A stretch of DNA of 64,000 nucleotides, taken from contig MNCI01000520.1 in the NCBI GenBank assembly GCA_015680685.1, forward strand, positions 1,473,412 through 1,537,411, given 5' to 3'. Positions 28,301 to 39,479 of this stretch are shown in pieces. Below the pieces are notes generated by a model. The model searched no databases. It saw nothing but the letters and a program-made list of their open reading frames with translations, and was not told where the DNA came from. Every line of letters begins with the position of its first letter. Positions within the stretch are counted from its first letter, which is position 1. This DNA is from Gnetum montanum (lineage: Eukaryota; Plantae; Gnetophyta). Made by a program: the position numbers and the translations under genes.

Positions 28301-28938
28301 ACCTCTTTTCATCATAATTCAAGTTGGTCAACATAAGATCTGAAGGGTACACGTTGATGATGGGGCTGCTACCAATGTCATCCCATTCCCTATTTTGGAT
28401 AAGCTAGGTTTGGTCAACCAGATCAAACCCACGACAACTTCATGCTTAAAGTCATTCAATGGGGCATGGGTCGTGGTGAAAGGCCTGGTCCACATTAACT
28501 TTGTGGAAGGGGACTAGTTCCCCATGAATGCAACTTTCATCGTGGTCGAAGAGATGCCTGGGTTTAACCTGATCTTGGGGAGGTCATGGCTAGCACAACT
28601 TAGGGCAGTCTCTTTGCCCATACATCAGGAGATCCATATATCCTATGCAAGTAGGAAGGTGCTAAACCATAGCGACGAGGTAGTGACACAAGCCATAAAC
28701 AACGTAGATATGGAGTAGGGCTCGGAAGTCATAACTTCTGAGAAAGAAGTGCTTGTTTTCATAGATAGTAACCGTTCAGCAAAGGAGCCGGTCCAACGTG
28801 CCAGCTTAGAAAATGAAAATGTGTGGGCTGAGTTGCCCTTCCAAGAGAAGGACAACAATATAGATGAATGCCCTGGTAGAGCATCTCAACCATATGCCTC
28901 ACCTAATCCACAATGGAATAGGAAGTAGTTATGCATAG
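25388..28938 (+). pseudogene. gag: gag-protease of A2
   Basis: PHFTKYNGKGDPNAHL...KALDWYHTLP..SI (capsid), FCDYHQQCGHNT, VHVDDGAATNVI, FNLILGRSWL. Colinear with A1. Confidence 0.9.
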
Positions 28939-29079
28939 CGTAACAACAACATTGCTTCCTACCTAGTTGGCATTCTTTGTGAATTTACTATCTTTTTGTT
29001 TTGCATCCATCCATCTATGCTAGGTACGCCAATTTACTTCTTTTTTAAAAAAACCATTAGCATATCTTCTGTTTACATC

Positions 29080-29292
29080 ATGCCTGAAATGGCCTAAAAC
29101 TATATTGCACCATGGCCTGAAATGGCCTAAAACTAGTCATGGCCTGAAATGGCCTAAAACTATATTGCAACATGGCTAGAAATGGACTAAAACAATGCTA
29201 CAAAACATGGCCTGAAATGGCCTAAAACTACATAGTCAAAATGGCCTGAAATGGCCTAAAACTAGCAATGACCCGAAATGGCCTAAAACTAA
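29080..29292 (+). repeat. Array of 7 GGCC-TGAAAT-GGCC-TAAAACT units (A2)
   Basis: Near-identical units with variable spacers. Confidence 0.9.
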
Positions 29293-29589
29293 GATGGAAA
29301 AGCAAAAACAAAATGTAAAATAGATCACATAGATAACCCATGAACAAATAACACTGATCTTGTCATAATTTATCTTTCCATTCAATGTTTTTAGTTAGGA
29401 AATGTTTGCAATAGTTTGCCAAAAATATAAAAAATCAAAAATACAAAAATCAAAAAGCATTGTTATCATGCATCATCTTCCCCTTCATCATGTCCCTATG
29501 CATTGCCTTCTTCTACTGCATCATCATTTCCACCCTCTAGGGGCCTTGCATCTTCGTCTGGAACCTACATCATAGAAACAAAGTAAAGT

Positions 29590-31055
29590 TACAACATAGC
29601 ACAGCGTAGCAAAAATAAGACCAAAAGGCCCAGCTTACCTAGTGATTTCAATTTCACTTAGCAGGCACTTCGACATTCAAAACCAATTGCCTTGTTCAAC
29701 TTCAAGTCCTTGGCAAAGCTTCTCATCAAAAAATGATGGATTCAACAGAAAGCAGAAAATGCTAGTTGTTATGCTGTGCTACGCTGCATAGCGTAGTGAA
29801 AATTCAAGAGCAGCAATGAGCCTCTTAGATGCAAGTTTAGCAAGTTCATAGATCTTTATTTGTAGAAGGAAAAAGTTGCAACTGTTAGCATGATCAAAGC
29901 TCCAAGAAAGCATTTGCAACTTCAACATGGATCGTGAATGAAGCCAACTACTATGCTATGCTATGCTATGTAGCATACCAAAGATGTGAATCAAACCAAG
30001 TGCTACAAAAGTTTACCTGACATGCGACAAAGCTTCCAACAGGTGTTGTTGACTTCAACAACAATTTCTTCTTCAAACTGGTGGCTACGCTGTGCTATGC
30101 TACAACATAATAAGCTGCTACACTATGCCAACATGCTACACTACATTGTGTAGCACAACATAGTAGGTAGCTACGCTACTTCAGTATGCCTCATTCCTCA
30201 TCTGCATTTTTGGCATATTTGATTTCTGCACCTCCAGTTTCAATAGCATAATTGTAGCGTGGTAGGCTCATCAATTATCTTTACATGTCCATGCAACATG
30301 TACATGTCAGCATCTTGCAAGTCTAGGACACGTGGCATTCAGGTTGCATTTCTTGCGTGCTCTTGGCCCTATAAATACCTCGATGAGCAATGCTCAAATT
30401 CTTGCATAAAAAATTGGAGCATAGTTAGCAAAAAAAATTGGTTGGAAAATTTGAGCAGGGTTGGAAAATTTGGGCATTTTTTGGCAAAAATTTGAGGGTT
30501 GAAAAATTTTAACCATTGTTGGCTTTAGTTGACATTTTAGCAATTCACAGCAGTTGGCATTTTGAGCCATTGGCACTTAGCTTTAGCCTTGTTCTTGTTG
30601 GCACTTTATACTATTAGCTCTTAAGCTTGTAATCAAAAACATAGTTGAGGCATTTTGAGTGTCCCAGTCATTCCTAAACTTCCTATGCCCCTCCAGCACT
30701 GTACCACTTGTTATACATTTTCAAGCAGGGAAGAGAATCGAATCCACGACCTTGCGATGGTGCATTTTCTCATCCCAGCTACTCTGTTATTTCTATATTG
30801 TTGTTACTGTGCGGTATTATTTTCTTCATTATTGCATTTATTAATCACCAGTTAAATTTCATGTGTTTTGCATTTAAAACCACATTTACGAAAGGTTAAG
30901 TGACACAGACTAAGTTCCTATCTAATTGAACAGACCGTTCAGGGCACCCCGTTTCCATTTTTAATCCAACACGACCCTCGGATGAATCTGAGGTTAAGAC
31001 TGTTCACCCGATAACCTCTCAGTGTTTCCAACTGCCGAAGTTTTCGATCGTTACA
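29590..31055 (+). repeat. 5'-truncated 3' LTR of A2
   Basis: Aligns to 23665-25142. About 390 bp of U3 and the PPT are missing. Confidence 0.85.
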
Positions 31056-31060
31056 TTATT

Positions 31061-31580
31061 CAAGCTTCCTCAATTCCAATGATCTTACCTTGGGAAAGTA
31101 GCTTGGGGAAAGCATGGGCATGGAAGATGGGGTAAACTACCTTAGCCACTTCAATAAGGATCCCCTTTCACCCTCTCGATGCCCCTAGCCACTCCTCAAT
31201 GTCCCCCCTGATGGTTCACCTCCTTTTTGGTCTTTTCTCCCATGGGAAGACCATTAGTAGGGACACTGAAGAGGTTCACAAATAGTTGGTCATTGATCTC
31301 AAGGACCACTAGCATGCTGTGCACACATGTACGAAAGCGGTCTACCTTTTCAGAAAAGGAGTCAGCTAGGGTAAGCATCTCAATAGTAGGGACGCTTGGG
31401 TTCATGGCCAAGAACAGTTCCTTAAGCCTAGCATACCGAAGCTTATTGGTAAGTGATTCCAGGGCCCTGCTACAGAGCCAGCGTTGGGTCTCGTCCACCT
31501 CCCTGTACTTGAAGTAAATTTTTTGCCTCATTATGCCCATAGGTGATCACCATCACCTCTTGGGATTTCTTCGTTGCATT
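31061..31580 (-). pseudogene. Antisense accessory gene of A1, exon with a PMD / plant-transposon-protein-like segment
   Basis: VLEINDQLFVNLFSVPTNG..EKTKKEVNH aligns with B VLDDTKSTFSDLFCIPNEG..TKARKEVEH. The domain name rests on pattern resemblance only. Confidence 0.55.
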
Positions 31581-31689
31581 AGCAGTTTACAAAAGGAAAA
31601 AGCAAAGAAAACTTAGAAAAAATAGAAATATAGAAGAAACATAGGAACAACACTCGAACATGCAAACAACTCATGGTTTAGCATAGGAG

Positions 31690-32491
31690 GCTTAAATAGT
31701 AATGGGAATGGTGGGAGATCCACTGACACGTCTTCAATGGTGATCGGCTTAAAGGGTGCCCAAACCCCATTCAACCAACCAAACTCCTTACATCTATTGT
31801 AGAATTGGGTGTATTGGGTTGGATAGGTTTTGTAATCATCCCTGCATTGGCCTATCACGCTTGTGCGCATATTCTGAGTGGAAGAAAAATCCCGTAGTGC
31901 TATCTCTACCAAGGCCAAGGCATCGGTATCATCATGAAGCCCATTCTTGTTGATGAAAAACTTGGTAACAAAAATACACTGTTAACATTCTGGCCTAGCA
32001 TAGCATGCATTGCATAACATAGCAGAATATGTTTACAGAACTCACCCATCGACACAATAAATGGTTCTTGGTGGGTTTTGAAAACAAGTTACCATGTGGC
32101 AAGCAATGAACAATGTGTTGTACAGATGGTACCAATTATAGTCGGGCATTTCCTAGATCCAAGCTAGATGCCTCAAGTTTCTTGGATGCTAACTGGATCC
32201 CTCTGCCTACCCGGTCCCAATTGCTCCATCGATCAAAATTTTTAAAATACCCTAGTTTTCCCTAGGCAACAAGGTTTTTATAATTATGGCTGCTACCTCC
32301 TCTGATAATTTTGACCAAATGATCACACTAAAGTGTTGGAGGAGAAATTGTAGGATGTCCTATGTGCCTTCCTGGAACCAAACTGCCTGCTGCCCCACAT
32401 GCTCATGGGGTGAAGGAACATTGGCCACCAGTTTGCTTAGGTAGCATAGGACCCCTACAATTTCTAGGATAATCAAAATCAGCCTTAGCAT
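31690..32491 (-). pseudogene. Antisense FCP1/NIF-homology (HAD phosphatase-like) domain, two exons (A1)
   Basis: MLRLILIILEIVGVLC...VWFQEGT*DILQFLLQHFSVIIWS...NLRHLAWI*EMPDYNW..LYNTLFIA....CFQNPPRTIY. GTGAGT donor at 32045. Confidence 0.7.
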
Positions 32492-33335
32492 CACCTTGCA
32501 CAACACAATGGCAAATGTTAACATCATGTTCAAGTGGAGTTAGCTTGTAGCGTAGAAGTATAAAATGTTTGCAAATAACATAGCATAACTTTTTCTTTGC
32601 ATATAGCGTAGCAAAAGCACAAAGGAAATAGCGTAGTAGAACCACAAATAAAAATTAAATATGAATTTTGAAGAAGAAATAATTTAATACACTATAGTTG
32701 TTTCAAGAAATCCTCTACCTGACAAAACAATTTACAATACGTTGTGATAGACATGTGTTACGCTGTGAAATCATGCACATGGCTAAACCCTCCTGAGGGT
32801 CGTATGCTACACTATTTGCATGCTAGGTCACTAGAGTCACCTAAACATCTTTAGAAAGGCAACCATAGTAATGGTGGTCTCAACAACACTACATGCAACC
32901 TTAGCATAGCATCCATACACCGTCACAGCTAAATCAGCAACAACTGCAGTGTAATGATAAAAATGGCAACAAAAATGATAACAGAGAATGAATTTTTCCA
33001 AAATGAAAAGTAAAAAAAAAACAAAAAAAGAAAGCAGAAACAACAACAACAGCATGAAGAAAAAGGTAGCATAGCAACTTATCGGGCCGACGGAGTTTCC
33101 TTCCGCACTATGACGTGTGCCTGTGAAAGATGCCCTAGGATGTCTTTCACCTTGTCTACATTGGCAAGCGCTAGGTTTTTGCATTCTCTCTTGGGTTCCA
33201 TTATCTTAGTTGTAGATTCTTTCTTAGTCTCTATGCTAAACCACCCTATTCTTTATTAGCACAACCACTCTACTCTCTAGATGTGGACTCTGTGCTCTTA
33301 TGGTGAAAATGATGAGTTTACGGGGGGTAAACCCC

Positions 33336-33343
33336 TATTTATA
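33336..33343 (-). promoter_or_regulatory. Candidate TATA box for the antisense gene
   Basis: GGCTATAAATAGGGG on the - strand, upstream of the antisense exons. Copy C has a TATATA at a comparable position (1131-1136). Confidence 0.45.
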
Positions 33344-33469
33344 GCCAACATGGTGAAAAGGAACTTGTCATTTTCTCACCCCGATTAATGTGGGATGTTC
33401 TGTATAGTGTAGCACTCTCCCATAGTGTAGCAGCATTGTTTGCATTGTGGTAGGTGGGACCGATCGAAA

Positions 33470-33861
33470 TCCTTGACCCACCTTAAACTAGTTGTTTGCC
33501 TCCGCAAGAATAGCCAGTTAGCGGTCCGCAAAGACCTTAAACTAGCAATTTTAATTCACAGCTTTGGCCAAGTTAGTGGTCTGCAAAGACCTTAAACTAA
33601 TACAACTTACCTTTATAAAAAAAACTGGTTAGTTGTCTGCAAAGACCTTAAACTGAAACAACTTACCTTTATAAAAATAACCGGTTAGTGCTCCACAAAG
33701 ACCTTACACTAATACTTTTGACATAACCCATTAGCGGTTCACAAAGACCTTAAACTAATAGTTTTAATTTATAAACTTAACTAGGTTAGTGGTCTGCAAA
33801 GATCTTAAACTAGTAGTTCTATACTTTTACATCTAGGCGGTCTGCTACGACCTTAAACTGA
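33470..33861 (+). repeat. Array of ~8 GGTC-YGCAAA-GACC-TTAAACT units, ~50 bp period, upstream of pol (A1)
   Basis: A conserved ~25 nt unit separated by AT-rich variable spacers. Confidence 0.88.
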
Positions 33862-34006
33862 TAGACTGCAAACTTTGTATCATAGTTTACAATTATTTCA
33901 ACTATCCATATTTCATAATTTTTTGGAAAATGTTTGCTATGCATTGTTGCTACAAATAGGTATTACTTGACTTTGCATTTATCTCATTGTTGCAGGTTGA
34001 GCAAGA

Positions 34007-37000
34007 ATGGCAATGCATTATGATCTTTCTTCACCTCTAGCCTTGATAGGTCCACATGACAAGCGTGCAAGACAACTGAACCCAAAGTCAATGGACTGAG
34101 AATTATTCACAGATAGCATAGTAGTTTCCTTAGAAACATCCCCAGACTAGCCTGAACACCTAGTCTAAGCCTTAGATTTAGAGGCCAGGGATGTGACTGA
34201 GGACCCTGTCATTGAAATGCCTGTGACTACATCCAGGGGGAAAGTAAAAATGTTAAAACTTAGCTCACTGCTAGATTCGCAAACACACAAATATGTATCC
34301 AAGATACTGCAAGATAACATCGATGTATTTGTGTGGTCTTATAATGACATGCCAGGCTTAGATCTGAGGCTTATACAACACAACATTATCTTGGATCCAT
34401 GTATGTCGAGTATTGATCAACTCATTGACACTATAGATTTTCACGCTCTGTTATCCCTCATGGATGGTTTTTTTAGCTCCAATCAAATTCGTATCAACCT
34501 AGAGCATTAGTTAGCAACAAATTTCATGACCCCATGGGGTGCCTTCTATTACACCATGATGCCCTCTAGGCTCAAGAATGTCGGAGCAACCTACTAGAGA
34601 GACATGACATACATCTTTAGCGACTACATCCTAGAAACACTAAATGACTACATGGATGACATAGTGGTAAAATATAAAGAGGCTACTAATCATCCCAATG
34701 ATCTAGGTGTAGTCCTCAAGCATTTCTAGATGCATGATTGACACCTCAACCCAAAAAAGTATGTCTTTGAGGTGAGAACTGGACACCTATTAGGGTTTGT
34801 AGTATCAGAGGCTAGAATATGAGTGGACCTTGACAAAGTTAAGGCCATTGCTAATCTAGCATCCCCTAAAAACCTTAAAGAATTATGCAGGTTGCAAGGT
34901 AGGGTGCAGTTCATTAGAAGGTTTATAGCAAAGTTTACTGACAAGTTACACCCCATGCAACACTTACTAAAGAAAGGGGTTAACTTTGAATGGACAACAT
35001 AATACCAACAAGCCTTTGATGATCTAAAGAAAGAGCTTTTACATCTCTTGACTGTTTACCCACTACAGAGGGATAAGCCTTTCTACATCTACCATACCAT
35101 CTTAGACACGTCTATCATGAACCTGTTATGTCATAAGTGAAATGATGATTCTAATATTCCAGTGTATTATCTACATCATGCATTGATATCACATGAGGTG
35201 AAATACAATGAGGTTGAGAGAAATTGCCTAGCCCTATTGTTTGCATTAAAAAAGTGGAGGCATTACCTATTTCGTAGCAAAGTTAACATCATTTGCAAAA
35301 GTAATGTACTCTAGGCTATCACGAACAATCTATATGAAAGCAGTAGGATAGCTTGGTGGAAAGCCATAACAGCAAAATTTCATTTGCATTATGTGAGCCA
35401 ATTGTCGATGAAAGGTCAAGCTATAGCTACATAGCTCACAACCTCACCCATCGATGATCAGGAAACCATAGAACCCAAATTCCCTAACAAGCACATTAGC
35501 ACCATCAACGGTGTCCCATCTCATCTTGAAGCTACTTTACAGTTTGACGATTCCTCGACTACGTGTGGTGGTAGCGCAGTGGCCATCATTACGTTCCCCT
35601 CTAGAGACATTCAACCATTTGCTTATTGGTTCACATTCCTTTATATGAACAATGTGGAAAAGTACAAAGGAATCCTCAAGGGCCTTTTAGTAGCCCAAGC
35701 ATGAATCATTTGACATTTGAAAATTCGAGGCGATTCACAACTAGTTGTGAATCAAATCACTGAGGTCTATGGCTGCAAAGCTACTCATTTTCAGCCCTAT
35801 TGCAACTTAGCAAAAAGTTTTCTTAAATATATTGTGAGAAGAAATGTTCAACACGTGCCATGTAATGAGAACAACATAGTAGATGCCTTGGCCACCCTAG
35901 CATTAAATGTGCCACCACACATGTTCACAAGTTTTCCTGCTTCGATAACTGAGTGTATGGAGCCTATCACTCAAGTAATACATGTAGCCTCTATAAGGGT
36001 TGTGGATACCCAGGAGTGGTACACTAACATTAGAGCCTACCTATAGCATGGAAAGCCCCCATGCAGATTGACATCTACCTAGAGGGATGTGATCTACAAG
36101 CATGCTAGGGAATATGTGCTCATGGAAGACAATGCCTTGTGCAAATGCTCCTTTGACGGCATATTGGTAGCATTCAAAAATGAGGAGCAACTGTAGAAGG
36201 TCATTAATGAGGTACACGAGGGTCTGTGTGGTGGACACATAACACCTAGGGCCATGGTAGCAAAAATCAGATGCCTAGGGTACTACTGGCCTCACATGGA
36301 GTGCGATTGCCTAGTCAAAGTTAAGACTTGTGATACATGCCAACGATACGCAAATCTCATACACGTTTCACCTATAGAATTGCACCTGATGAAAATAACG
36401 TGGCCATTCCAACGATGGGGACTAAACATTATAGGACCTATCATGCCTAAGTCATTTGTAGGACATATCTTCATCATCACCACCACTGAGTACTTTACAA
36501 AGTGGGTGGAAGCTATTCCCTTTAGGAAGACTACATATTAGCAGGTTTGCCACTTTATATTAGATAACATCATGACAAGGTTTGGGCTTCCCATGACTAT
36601 TGTAATAGACAACGGGCCACAATTTAGTAGTGTGGAAACCAAAAACTTTTGCAGAAACCTTGGCATTAGGCAATTTTTCTCCTCACCATACTACCTGCAG
36701 GAAAATGGATAGGAAAAAGCTATGAACAAAGACATCATCAACTTTCTAAAGAAAATTCTTAACAACAGCAAGAGACGATGGCACAAGAAAATCCTCTATG
36801 TGTTGTGGGTTTACAGGATGATATGCAGGACTACAATAGGTAAAACTCCTTACAGTCTTATTTACAGATCTAAAGTGGTGTTACCTCTTAAGCTATAGGT
36901 ACCCTCACTTCGAATGATCTTGTCAAATGTCATGAGTGAAGCCTAGAACAAAAAGTCGAGGATCATCGACCTTAACTTAATAGAGGAGGAGCATGCATAG

Positions 37001-37258
37001 ACACTTGGTTGTATAGAGTAATATCAAAACAAGCAACAGTAGAAGCATCATGCAAACTCGCATCAATGGCCAATAAAAAAGGAGGACCTTGTTCTCAAGG
37101 CTATCAGTGAGCATGTGAACAAATTCTTAGCAAACTGGGAAGGTCCATTCATGGTCACAAAAGCCTATGGGAATGAAGCCTTCAAGCTAGCAGACATGGA
37201 TGACAAAAAGTTTGCAAATCCTATGAATCATTCGTATCTCAAGTCATACTACATTTGA
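34007..37258 (+). pseudogene. pol: pol of A1 (RT-RH-aRH-INT), with a ~230 bp deletion in the RT N-terminus near 34405
   Basis: GLKNVGATY, YMDD (~34649), aRH LQFDDSS and IRGDSQLVVNQ, INT HEGLCGGH..CDTCQ, WPFQRWGLNIIGP, YFTKWVEA, NWEGPF. Stop TGA at 37256-37258. Confidence 0.95.
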
Positions 37259-37280
37259 TGCATTAGAAAGTTAAGCAAAT

Positions 37281-37752
37281 TGTCCGCTACGATGTAAAAC
37301 TAGCAAAGCTCATTTGCTATGATGTATAACTAGAAAAGCTCATCTTCTATGACATAAAATTGGCAAAGGCAGTCTGCTATGACTATAAACTAGCACAGAT
37401 AGTCTGCCATGACTATAAATAGGTACAAACCCACAAAAAATTGGCAAAGCACATCTGCTAGGACTCTAAACTGGCACAAAAAGTGTGCCATGACTTTAAA
37501 CTATCCCATCCACTGTCTGCTACAATGATAAACTAGCATTGTAGTCTGCTAGGACCTTAAACTAGCACAACCACCATCTGCTACAACAATAAACTAGCAC
37601 TACGGTCTACTGGGACCTTAAATTAGCATAGCCACTATCTGCTACGATGATAAACTAGCATAGCGGTCTACTAGAACCTTAAACTAGTGCACCACGATCT
37701 GCTGAGACCTTAAACGAGCACATCATATGGTCTACCAGGACCTTAAATTGGG
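37281..37752 (+). repeat. Array of ~15 stem-loop + TAAACTRG units after the integrase stop (A1)
   Basis: ~30 bp period. Stems include AGTC/GACT, GGTC/GACC and CRTC/GAYG. Confidence 0.88.
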
Positions 37753-38227
37753 TTCATAGCATGTCCTCAGCATGCATCTATGACTCTACAAACAAGTGAG
37801 TGTGCATAGTGCCAACATGGAGTGGAATGTTGTAGTTCTAGAATGTAGTTAACGATGCTAAGAAAACACCCTCTAGAATATGTGCAATGCCACTACCCTT
37901 GGCATCTTGTTGATCCTCTAGAGATGTCATATGACATCTTGCTGAACTTCTGGAGCTATCGCTACCACGACCCTTTGCCCTGGAGGTAGCTCTTGTGGTC
38001 AGCACCTACTGCTAGTGTCCTGGCACTATTGTGGCCCAGCCACAAAGTTGCTATCCTCCAGCCCCCGCAATCCCCCGAGCCCAAAAGACATTCAACATGG
38101 GTAGCCCATCTCTTAGCTAAACTGCATGATGTTTGCCTTGGGCGGGGATCCTTGAGCACTCGCATCACTACAATTCCTAGCTGCCTCAGTGCCGACTCCT
38201 CCATGTTGATGCTGCCAAGGCCATAGA

Positions 38228-39479
38228 AAGGCTAAGTCAGAATTCAACCAACACAGAATGCTATGCTATGCTACAATACATAGCGTAGCATAGCATAGCA
38301 AGGTTGAAATACAAAAAGAATCCTCTACCAGGCCACTTTGGCAAAAGGATTGCATCTAAGGCATTGTGGCTTCTAAGATTACCCTGTCTTAGTTGGCATT
38401 TGGACCATAGGCAAAGTTTTCTGATAAAGACCCGCTATTCCAATAGAAACACAAGTTACATTGGCTGCTACACTATGCTATGCTATGTAGTGTTGCATAG
38501 TGTAGTAAGAATGCAAATCAATAAAATTCTTCAAAAGTTAATCCCACATGCGCCAAGGCTTTTAGCAAAAGCTAGTGACTTTAACACAAGTTTCTCTTTC
38601 AAAATGGTGGCTACGCTATGCTACGCTACATAGCATAGCACAACGTAGCGAGCAGTTATGCTACGCCAATGTGCTATGCTACATAGTGTAGCATGGTGTA
38701 GCAAGTAGCTACACTACTTTAATATGCTTCATTTCTCACTTGCATTGTTTGCACACCTAATTCTAGCATATGAAGTTTTGACAACATGGTTGCAATGTAG
38801 CACATTCACAACCAGTTTTGCACACCTACATAGTACGGGCATGTCAGCATCTCGTGGGTCTAGGACCTATGGCACCTAAACCACATTTCTTGCCTGCTCC
38901 TAGCTTTATAAATACCTAGACGAGCAACGCTCAAAGGGTTGGCAAATTAAGGCATTTTTGGCAAGTTGGAAAAATTTGCGTTGGCAATTTGAGTTGGCTT
39001 TTTTTTTTGCATTAGCATTTCACGCATTGGCTCTTCAGCATTGGCTTTTAAGTTCACACTCAAAAGCATAGTTGGCACATTTTGAGTGTTCTGGTCATTC
39101 TTGAACTCTCTGTGTGCCTCCAACATTGTATAACTTGTTGTACACTTCAAATAAGGAAAAGAATCAAATTTTCAATTTTGTGGCAGTGCATTTCCTTACC
39201 CCAGCTTATTCTTTTATTTCTTCATTGTTATTTCTATTTAGCATTATTTTCTGCATTCCTTCATTCATTAATCATCAGTTATACCTCATATATTTAACAT
39301 TTACAACAATGTTTATGAAAGGTTAAGTTACATCGGTTAAGTCCATGTCTGATTGACTAGACCGTTCAGGGTGCCCCATTTTCGTTTTATCCAGCATGGC
39401 TCTCATAGGGATTTAGGGTTAAAGTATTTGCCCAGCAACCTCTCGGTGTTTCCAGCCACCAACATTTTCAGTCGCTACA
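38228..39479 (+). repeat. 5'-truncated 3' LTR of A1
   Basis: Aligns with 14965-16205 and ends GCTACA followed by the TSD. Confidence 0.88.

Larger units (their letters stand above)
23276..31055 (+). mobile_element. Tat-type element A2, nested in the antisense gene of A1 and internally deleted (no pol)
   Basis: Starts TAAAACACC (TG>TA) and ends CGTTACA. TSD TTACC/TTATT. Removing A2 rejoins the A1 antisense frame (GKIIGIEEAWVMREVM, compare GKIMDMEQSWIMKWLL in B). Confidence 0.88.
14594..39479 (+). mobile_element. Tat-type element A1, the most complete copy: LTR-PBS-gag-pro-[antisense gene]-pol-truncated LTR
   Basis: Runs TGAAACACC...GCTACA with perfect TSD CTATA at 14589-14593 and 39480-39484. 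Confidence 0.92.

Noticed and set aside
33470-33861. CRISPR-like repeat-spacer look of the arrays (also 37281-37752 and 5011-5475)
   Set aside because: The context is a eukaryotic retrotransposon with no cas genes. Repeats are degenerate and several spacers resemble each other, indicating tandem duplication rather than acquisition.
37281-37752. Hammerhead or other known ribozyme arrays
   Set aside because: No CUGANGA/GAAA core or other known catalytic consensus is recognisable by eye.
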